Assembly: GCA_963665845.2 (NCBI GenBank) | Contig: OY762492.1 | Coordinates: 224,001-288,000, forward strand | DNA: 64,000 bases | Reading direction: 5' to 3' | DNA from: Candidatus Poribacteria bacterium | GTDB taxonomy: Bacteria > Poribacteria > WGA-4E > GCA-2687025 | Shown: piece after piece, positions 57,188-64,000 of the stretch | How positions within the stretch are numbered: position 1 is the stretch's first letter | How the letters are laid out: the number at the start of each line of letters is the position of its first letter | The notes under the pieces: model-generated | What the model saw: only the letters and a program-made list of their open reading frames with translations | Told to the model about the DNA's origin: nothing | Databases searched by the model: none | Position numbers and translations under genes: made by a program

Positions 57188-58525
57188 CTACTGGAGCGCC
57201 GGCAGGTCTTTGATCGGATCGTCGATCTGCTGCATCCAGCCATGCAGTTCGTGATTCAGCGAACGGCGAATCGTCGCGTATTGCGGTTCGTCCGCCAGGT
57301 TTTGCGTCTCCCATGGGTCCTCTTTGATGTTGAACAGCTGCGTTTGCCCCGCCTCCGGATACCGTATCAGTTTCCAGTCGCCCGCTCTCACCATGCGCTG
57401 TATGTGTCTGTAGGCGGAGTACACAGAGTTTCGGACGGAGCTTTTTTCGCCGGCAATCAACGGCGCCAGGCTGGAGCTTTCCACCGTGTTGGGAGTCGCC
57501 ATGTCGGTCAGGTCGCACAGCGTCGGAAACAGGTCGTAGGAGTACGCCAGCGAGTCGATGCGCTGCCCCGCCGGGACGCCCGGACCGCGCAGGATACACG
57601 GAACGCAGACGCTGTGATCGTACAGGTTCTGCTTGCCGAGGAGGCCGTGCTGCCCGACGCCCAGTCCATGGTCGGCGGTGTACACAACGATCGTGTTCTC
57701 CGCCTGCCCCGACCGCTCCAGCGCCTCCAACACGCGCGCCATATGGGCGTCCTGATGTGTGATCATCGCGTAGTAGTCGCTGATGTGCCGCTGGACGATT
57801 TCAGGCGTTCTTGGGAACGGCGCCAGGTTTTCATCCCGGATGCGCATCTCGCCGTTGTCGAACGAATGCATCGGCATGAAGTTGGGCGGGACGGGAATCT
57901 CCTCAGGCGGATACATCGCGTCATACGGCGCCGGCGCCATGCGCGGATCATGCGGCGATGTGAACGACAGATAAAGAAAGAACGGGTTGGAGCCGTCATG
58001 GTTTTCTAAGAAATCGATGGCGGCGTCTGAAAACAGCTCGGTTGAGAAGCCGTCGCCGATGGCGCGCCTGTTGTTGGCGTATTCGCCTGTCGGGTCGTAC
58101 TGCTGAATGGGAACTTTCAGATGGTCGCTCATTCCGCCGAAGAAGATGTTGGCGCCATGCGAAAAGCCTTTGTGAAAGCTGGTTTTGTCGTTGTGCCATT
58201 TGCCGGTGGCGAAGGTGTCGTAGCCGGCGTCTCGAAAGGTACCCGCAAGGGTCGCCAGTTCGGGGCGCAGCGTTCCGAGTCCGCCGGTGCCGGGTTCGCG
58301 CGTCATGGAGGTTCCGAAAATGTTGACGCCTGTATGAACGCATGCGCGGCTCGGCACGCAGACGGCGCCGCTCATTCCGCCCATGATGTAGGCGTTACTA
58401 AAGACGGTTCCGTCCTCGGCCAGTTTGTCCATGGTCGGCGTTTGGACTGTCTGGTCGCCCATCGCTCCGATGGCGTCTCGTCGGTGGTCGTCGGCGATCA
58501 TGAAAAGGATATTGGGTCGGCTCAT
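57188..58525 (-). CDS. Sulfatase (choline-sulfatase-like)
   Basis: PNILFMIADD, formylglycine motif CVPSR, GKWH, PHDP, ADHG...GKQNLY. Confidence 0.9.
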   Translation of the reverse strand: MSRPNILFMIADDHRRDAIGAMGDQTVQTPTMDKLAEDGTVFSNAYIMGGMSGAVCVPSRACVHTGVNIFGTSMTREPGTGGLGTLRPELATLAGTFRDAGYDTFATGKWHNDKTSFHKGFSHGANIFFGGMSDHLKVPIQQYDPTGEYANNRRAIGDGFSTELFSDAAIDFLENHDGSNPFFLYLSFTSPHDPRMAPAPYDAMYPPEEIPVPPNFMPMHSFDNGEMRIRDENLAPFPRTPEIVQRHISDYYAMITHQDAHMARVLEALERSGQAENTIVVYTADHGLGVGQHGLLGKQNLYDHSVCVPCILRGPGVPAGQRIDSLAYSYDLFPTLCDLTDMATPNTVESSSLAPLIAGEKSSVRNSVYSAYRHIQRMVRAGDWKLIRYPEAGQTQLFNIKEDPWETQNLADEPQYATIRRSLNHELHGWMQQIDDPIKDLPALQ

Positions 58526-58602
58526 CGTTCTCCCGCCGCAGTGTTGTTTGACGTTGAGCGTAGCGCTTCGGCGGCTCCATGTCAAGCGTCCCGCCTCCCG
58601 TC

Positions 58603-58836
58603 GTCATTCCCGCGCAAGCGGGAATCTTAGGCGCCGCAGTGGTCGTCTGAACTAGGATTGCCAAGAGAATTCCCGAAAACGCTATCCTGAAAATCTTACG
58701 AATCCTTCAATCCTGGTTCAAAACCAAGCGCAACCCGCGCGCGCAAACCCCCCCTAACCCCCCTTTTCAAGGGGGGAATCGGACGCGGCTCCCCTCCGCG
58801 TCATTCCCGCCCCTGCGGTAAAACGGGCGGGAATCC
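58603..58836. repeat. REP cluster downstream of aspS
   Basis: REPs at 58603-58626 and 58800-58836; CCCCCTTTTCAAGGGGGG hairpin at about 58760. Confidence 0.75.
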
Positions 58837-58851
58837 AGAGTCCAGCTCGAA

Positions 58852-60618
58852 TCATTTATCCTCTATCGTTCGGATATGCACCTCGTCCAGCTGCTCCGGG
58901 TCGACAGGGGTAGGCGCGCCCGTTAGGGGAGAAACGCCTGCCTGCGTCTTCGGAAACGGAATCACCTCGCGGATGGACGACTCGCCTGTCAAGAGCATGA
59001 TGATGCGGTCCAAGCCGCTTGCGATGCCCCCGTGCGGCGGCGCGCCGTATTTGAGCGCGTCCAGCAAAAAGCCGAACTTGATGCGCTGTTCCTCCTCGCT
59101 GATCTGGAGCAGGTCGAAGATGCGCTCCTGAACCTCGCGTTGATGAATTCGGATGCTGCCGCCCCAGACCTCCTGTCCGTTGACGGCGAGATCGTGCTGA
59201 AGCGAACGCGCCTTGGACGGATCCTTGTCCAGAAAATGCAGATCGTCCGGATGCGGCGAGGTGAACGGGTGATGGAGCGGATTCCATCGATGCTCCTCGT
59301 CGTTCCACTCGACCAAAGGAAAGTCGACGATCCAAACAAACTCGTACCGATTTGGGTCCGCCTGACCCAGCCGTTTTGCCAGCTCCACGCGCAGATCGCC
59401 CAGCGCCTGATGTACCACTTTCGGCTGATCCGCCACAAAGAGCAGCAGGTCTCCGTCCTGCGCTTCCATGCGCCGCGCGAGACTGTCCAGGCTTTCTTCG
59501 CTGAAGAAGCGCGCGATGGGCGACTCCAGTTTTCCGTCGACGCAGCGCATCCATGCCAGCCCTTTGGCGCCCCGCTGTCCGACAAAGGCGGTCAGCTGAT
59601 CAATCTCCCGGCGCGAGAAGGAACCGGCGCCCTCCGCCCGCAAACCCTTCGTCATGCCGCCGCTTTCCAGCGCCGACCTGAAAACGCGAAACTCGGAGCT
59701 TTCCGCTTCAGGCGCGATGTCGACAAGGGGCATGCCGTAACGCAGGTCGGGCTTGTCGGAGCCGTAGTTCGTCATCGCCTCCGCATACGGCATGCGTTGA
59801 AACGGCGTCGGAATCTCCACATCAATGAGCCGCCACAGCTTCGCCATGAGGCTTTCCACCGTTTCAAAAATGTCCTCCTGCGTTGCGAACGACATCTCGA
59901 CGTCAATCTGCGTGAACTCAAGCTGGCGGTTCGCGCGCGCCGATTCGTCGCGGAAGCATCGCACAATCTGAAAGTATCTGTCCATGCCGGCGACCATGAG
60001 CAGCTGTTTGAACAGCTGCGGGCTTTGGGGCAGGGCGTAAAAATGCCCCGCTTGCAGTCGGCTTGGGACGAGAAAATCGCGCGCGCCTTCGGGCGTGCTT
60101 TTGGTGAGAAACGGCGTTTCGATCTCAAGAAAACCCAGCTCGTCAAAATGCCGGCGGATGACTTGACACGCCTGATGGCGAAGCCGTATGTTGCGCGCCG
60201 CCCGCGGCATCCGCATGTCCAAATACCGGTATTGCAGCCGCGTGTCCGGGTCCACATTGGCGTCCTCGTCGATGGCGAAGGGGGGCGTTTCCGCCTCGTT
60301 CAGTATCTCCAAGTTGTCAACGGCGAGTTCGATCTCCCCAGTCGCCAGCTTCGGATTGACCGCGCCTTCAAGACGGCGGCGCACCGAGCCTTCGATTTTG
60401 AGAACGTACTCGCTCCGCACCTTTGCCGCCTCTTCATGCGCGGTTTCATCGATGGCGGGGTCTAAAACCAGCTGGACGACGCCTGTTCGGTCGCGCAGGT
60501 CGATAAAGATGCATCCGCCGTGGTCGCGCCGTTTTGCCGCCCAGCCTGTCAGGGTCTGGCGGGTTCCTTCATGTTCGGCTCTCAGATCTCCGCAGTAAGA
60601 GGTTCTGTAGGTTGGCAT
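58852..60618 (-). CDS. aspS: Aspartate-tRNA ligase, probably the non-discriminating Asp/Asn type
   Basis: RRDHGG (His typical of the non-discriminating type), LPQSPQLFKQ, CFRDE, PPHGG, VIPFPK. Confidence 0.96.
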   Translation of the reverse strand: MPTYRTSYCGDLRAEHEGTRQTLTGWAAKRRDHGGCIFIDLRDRTGVVQLVLDPAIDETAHEEAAKVRSEYVLKIEGSVRRRLEGAVNPKLATGEIELAVDNLEILNEAETPPFAIDEDANVDPDTRLQYRYLDMRMPRAARNIRLRHQACQVIRRHFDELGFLEIETPFLTKSTPEGARDFLVPSRLQAGHFYALPQSPQLFKQLLMVAGMDRYFQIVRCFRDESARANRQLEFTQIDVEMSFATQEDIFETVESLMAKLWRLIDVEIPTPFQRMPYAEAMTNYGSDKPDLRYGMPLVDIAPEAESSEFRVFRSALESGGMTKGLRAEGAGSFSRREIDQLTAFVGQRGAKGLAWMRCVDGKLESPIARFFSEESLDSLARRMEAQDGDLLLFVADQPKVVHQALGDLRVELAKRLGQADPNRYEFVWIVDFPLVEWNDEEHRWNPLHHPFTSPHPDDLHFLDKDPSKARSLQHDLAVNGQEVWGGSIRIHQREVQERIFDLLQISEEEQRIKFGFLLDALKYGAPPHGGIASGLDRIIMLLTGESSIREVIPFPKTQAGVSPLTGAPTPVDPEQLDEVHIRTIEDK

Positions 60619-60630
60619 GCGTGTCGCCTC

Positions 60631-61899
60631 CTAGGTGTTTGTCGGAACGGATTGCCGCAGTGTCGCGGCTGTTTCGTTGAGCGGGGCGCTTTCTTGGGTT
60701 CCGTCGCTCATCTTTTTGAGAGTCGCTTCGCCGCGCGCCAGCTCGTCCTCGCCGAGGATGACCGCGTAATGGGCGTTGAGGCGGTCTGCCGTTCGGAGCT
60801 GGGAGCGCATGCCTCTGCCTTGATAGTCCATATCGGCGCTTAAGCCTGCCCGGCGAATTTCGTTCAAGAGGGCGAAGGCGCTTGGTCTCGATTCCTCGCC
60901 GAGGGCGACGACCCAGACCTGTATGGACGGGGACGTTTCGTCGGGGGAGTCCTGGGCGGACATGGCTAAGGCGAGGCGGTCGATGCCGGCGGCAAAACCG
61001 ATGCCAGGGGTCGATTTTCCGCCCAGCTGTTCAATGAGTCCGTTATACCGCCCGCCGCCGACAACCACATCCTGCGCGCCGAGTCCTTCAGCCGATATTT
61101 CAAAGACGGTTCCGGTGTAGTAGTCCAAACCGCGCACGATGCGCGGGTCCAGTTCATACTCGACCCCGACGGCGTCCAGCGCGTTTTGAACGGCGTCCAG
61201 ATGCGCGCGCGATTCATCGGACAGAAAATTCAGAATGCTCGGCGCGTTTTCTAGCATGCGTTTTGTGTTCGGGTCTTTGCTGTCCAGAAGGCGCAGCGCG
61301 TTGCGTTCAAACCGCGCCTTGTCCTGCGGTCCGAGATCGTCAAAATGCGGCTGTAGATGCTGTTTGAGCGCGTCGGCGTACGTATGTCGTTCGCCGCTTC
61401 CGACGCTGTTGATACGTATGCGTACGGGCGCAATGTTCAGTTCGTCTAAAAAGAGTTGAGCGCACAGGATCGTTTCAGCGTCCATGAGCGGATCGTTGGA
61501 GCCGAACGATTCGATGCCTGTTTGCCAGAATTCGCGGTACCGCCCCGCCTGCGGGCGTTCATATCGGAACATGGGGCCGGTGTAGTAAAACTTGCGCGCT
61601 TCGCCGCGGGAGAGGAGTCTGTTTTCGAGGGCGGCGCGGGCGGTTCCGGCGGTGCCTTCAGGGCGCAGGGTCAGGTCGCGTCCGCCGCGGTCCTTAAACG
61701 TATACATTTCTTTTGAGACGATGTCAGTCTCTTCGCCGACGCTGCGGATAAACAGCTCGGCGCGTTCAAAAATGGGGGTTCGGATTGGCTCATACCCGAA
61801 CCGTTCAAAGACGCCGCTTGCCGCGTTTTCGATGCGCAGAAAGGCGCGCATCGTTTCGTCTAGCATGTCTCGCGTCCCGCGGGGGCGTGGAATGTTCAT
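60631..61899 (-). CDS. hisS: Histidine-tRNA ligase
   Basis: PRGTRD, LRPEGTA, FRYERPQAGRYR, VRGLDYY, GGGRY. Confidence 0.96.
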   Translation of the reverse strand: MNIPRPRGTRDMLDETMRAFLRIENAASGVFERFGYEPIRTPIFERAELFIRSVGEETDIVSKEMYTFKDRGGRDLTLRPEGTAGTARAALENRLLSRGEARKFYYTGPMFRYERPQAGRYREFWQTGIESFGSNDPLMDAETILCAQLFLDELNIAPVRIRINSVGSGERHTYADALKQHLQPHFDDLGPQDKARFERNALRLLDSKDPNTKRMLENAPSILNFLSDESRAHLDAVQNALDAVGVEYELDPRIVRGLDYYTGTVFEISAEGLGAQDVVVGGGRYNGLIEQLGGKSTPGIGFAAGIDRLALAMSAQDSPDETSPSIQVWVVALGEESRPSAFALLNEIRRAGLSADMDYQGRGMRSQLRTADRLNAHYAVILGEDELARGEATLKKMSDGTQESAPLNETAATLRQSVPTNT

Positions 61900-61966
61900 G
61901 AACCGATTCCCCAATGTATGCATGAAAATCATAGACAGAGCGGCGGCGGATGTCCATATTTTTTGA

Positions 61967-62061
61967 CTGACCTTACGTCTTTAGTTGGGACATGCCGACA
62001 GGCGCCGCAGAAACCGTTCGCGTTCCCCAGGCGGCATGTCCCAGCTGATGACGTAAGTCAG
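61967..62061. mobile_element. 95-bp minimal MITE, CTGACC family
   Basis: CTGACCTTACGTCTTTAGTTGGGACATGCCG ... CGGCATGTCCCAGCTGATGACGTAAGTCAG, about 30-bp imperfect TIRs. No TSD seen. Confidence 0.7.
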
Positions 62062-62114
62062 CTTCTATGGTATGCTGACGGCGCGGCGAGTTGAAAATCG
62101 GGAGGATGTTGAAG

Positions 62115-62786
62115 ATGTGCGGGAGGTTTGCCCTTGAATCGGACGCCATGTTTCTACAGCGTCTCCTTGATCTACGGGGCGGCGTCAACCTGGACATGGA
62201 CCTGAAGCCCCGCTACAACATTGCGCCGTCGCAGCCGATAGCGGCTGTCGGGAGCGGCAGGGCGTTCATGGCGCGCTGGGGGTTGATACCGCGCTGGGCG
62301 TCCGACGCGCGCATCGGACGCGGCATGTTCAACGCGCGCGCCGAAACGCTGTTTGACAAGCCCTCATTCCGAGAATCTGCCCGTCGCCGACGCTGCATCG
62401 TACCCATGACCGGCTATTATGAATGGAGCGAAACGCCCGGCGGAAAACAGCCCTATTTCATCCGAAGAGCCGACCGCCAAACCGCCGCGGCGGCCGGCAT
62501 TTGGGACGAATGGCAGGGCAAAGAATCATGCGCCGTCATCACAACTGAAGCGAACGCGGCGGTACAGGGGATTCACCGCCGCATGCCTGTCCTTCTTGAA
62601 GAGGAGCATTGGGCTATGTGGCTGAACGGATCGGCGGAGGAGCCGTCGCTGCTGCGCCCGCTGCTGAAACCGAGCGGCGCGGATCTGGAGGCGTACCCGG
62701 TGAGCAGGCGCGTCAACAGCCCCGCCAACGACATGCGCGAATGCATGGCGCCTGTCGACGAATCTGACCAGGGCGGGCTGTTTTAA
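62115..62786 (+). CDS. yedK: SOS response-associated peptidase (SRAP/HMCES, abasic site protection)
   Basis: MCGRF, PRYNIAPSQ, WGLIP, FNARAET, YYEW, IHRRMP. Confidence 0.9.
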   Translation: MCGRFALESDAMFLQRLLDLRGGVNLDMDLKPRYNIAPSQPIAAVGSGRAFMARWGLIPRWASDARIGRGMFNARAETLFDKPSFRESARRRRCIVPMTGYYEWSETPGGKQPYFIRRADRQTAAAAGIWDEWQGKESCAVITTEANAAVQGIHRRMPVLLEEEHWAMWLNGSAEEPSLLRPLLKPSGADLEAYPVSRRVNSPANDMRECMAPVDESDQGGLF

Positions 62787-62822
62787 CAGCGCCAGACGAG
62801 AAAGCGGTGTATCATCTTAAAA

Positions 62823-63210
62823 GGCGGGAGTCGTTCAGACGGCCGCGTCCGCCTGTTTTATCGGGCGGATGAGGAAAGTCCGGACACCAAGGACAAGGGC
62901 GCTGGGTAACGCCCAGGGAGAGCGATCTCACAGACAGCGCAACAGAGAGCAGACCGCCGATGGACCCGAAAGGGTATCAGGCAAGGGTGAAACGGTGGGG
63001 TAAGAGCCTACCAGCAGGCGCGGCGACGCGCTTGGCTCGGCAAGCCTCGCCCGGTGCAAGACCGAATAGAGGGGCGATTGACTGTCCTGCCAGCCCCCGG
63101 GTTAGGTCGCAAGAGGCGCCGCAGCAATGCGCGCCCCAGATGAATGGCCGCCGCCCGCAGGCGCGAAAGCAAACGCGGGAACAGAATCCGGCTTACGACC
63201 GGCTCCCGCC
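62823..63210 (+). ncRNA. rnpB: RNase P RNA (type A)
   Basis: GAGGAAAGTCCGGACAC, GGGTGAAACGGTGGGGTAAGAGCCTACCAGC, ACAGAATCCGGCTTAC. P1 GGCGGGAG pairs with CTCCCGCC. Confidence 0.95.
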
Positions 63211-63294
63211 CATCAACCGCGCGAAACGGAGCGTCGAATGAAACAGAAAACGCATAGAGCAGGCAACGAAAGAACAGAGCGGAAAACACATATC

Positions 63295-64000
63295 ATGAAA
63301 ACGCCCGCCGACATCTCCCCCTCCATGTTCAAAACCGCATGCATGGCTGCCGCCGGTCTCTTTCTGCTGGCGGCAGCGCTCCCCGACGCGCGCGCCCAGA
63401 ATGTCTCCATCTTCGACTACAAACCGCCCGTCAGCCGCGCCAGAAGCCTCTTCTTCGACCTTCGCTACGATTACGAACGGGACGACGGAACGGCGCTCGC
63501 CAACGACGGCGACATCAGCTTCAACTACAGCCGCTTTTATGAATCGCTGCCCTTCGCATACTCCATTGACGCGGACGGCGTCTGGTCGCGCGCGCTTCTA
63601 GAAAACAGCGCCTCCATCTACTATTCGGCGGCGGCGGAAGGGCGCGTCAAAAAATATGTCTGGGATGAAGAGAAGCTGTTCGGCTCCGTTAGCCTCAACG
63701 CCGACTACCGAAAAGCGTTCGACCGCCCCGCCTCCAGCGTTACCGCCGGCATCGGATGGGGAAGGTTCATCAACGCGACGGCGCTGCGCAAGGCTGAACG
63801 CATCGACGCTTTTTTCTCTGAAGAGGAGGTTACCGAACGCAGACTGCCCGCCGAAACGCTCCTGGAAATGGCGGCGGTTATCGAACGGCAGCGCGAGTAT
63901 GTCCAGCGGTTCGGCGACGACACGTACACGAAATACTGGTTCGACGATCTCGAAACGATTGTCCAAAATTCAGGCTACCTGCGCAGAGAAACGATCGGCG
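63295..64000 (+). CDS. Secreted or outer-membrane protein, 3'-partial
   Basis: Open frame to the window end; signal peptide ARA-Q; aromatic alternating strands (FDLRYDY, GIGWGRF). Confidence 0.65.
   Translation, partial: MKTPADISPSMFKTACMAAAGLFLLAAALPDARAQNVSIFDYKPPVSRARSLFFDLRYDYERDDGTALANDGDISFNYSRFYESLPFAYSIDADGVWSRALLENSASIYYSAAAEGRVKKYVWDEEKLFGSVSLNADYRKAFDRPASSVTAGIGWGRFINATALRKAERIDAFFSEEEVTERRLPAETLLEMAAVIERQREYVQRFGDDTYTKYWFDDLETIVQNSGYLRRETIG

Noticed and set aside
59032-60465. 477-aa plus-strand ORF (likewise 16287..17363, 46890..47780, 56912..58009 and many short ones)
   Set aside because: Antisense to well-supported genes; expected in GC-rich DNA.
62960-63289. Short ORFs on both strands
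   Set aside because: They largely overlap the RNase P RNA gene.

Overview
64-kb GC-rich bacterial chromosome segment, probably from a Candidatus Poribacteria-like organism. That assignment is inference from the expanded WD40 proteins with 'WGLPxGAxxRLGKG' starts, LamG/TolB-like proteins with 'GK....WxxI(K/R)' C-termini, and FlgD-Ig-tailed secreted proteins. Housekeeping genes: DUF503-rbfA-nrnA-truB-ribF, rsgA, rarA, nagA, tandem-domain thyX, hisS-aspS, SRAP/yedK, tRNA-Pro(CGG) and rnpB. Accessory genes: six large WD40 proteins (four fused to trypsin-like proteases, with near-identical repeats that vary at fixed positions), a split SIR2/DSR1-like defence locus, a CxxCH cytochrome-porin, an NDUFA9-like SDR fused to cytochrome oxidase subunit III, a lipoprotein gene out of frame at a poly-G tract, and an ECF-sigma locus with an orphan partner cassette bracketed by a duplicated ubiA 3' end. 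Intergenic DNA carries at least 13 GTCATTCCCGC...GCGGGAATC REP-like palindromes, some inside MITEs with terminal inverted repeats (TIRs) and target-site duplications (TSDs). No CRISPR array, rRNA, transposase, integrase or reverse transcriptase was seen. All family assignments come from motif recognition by eye, not from database searches.
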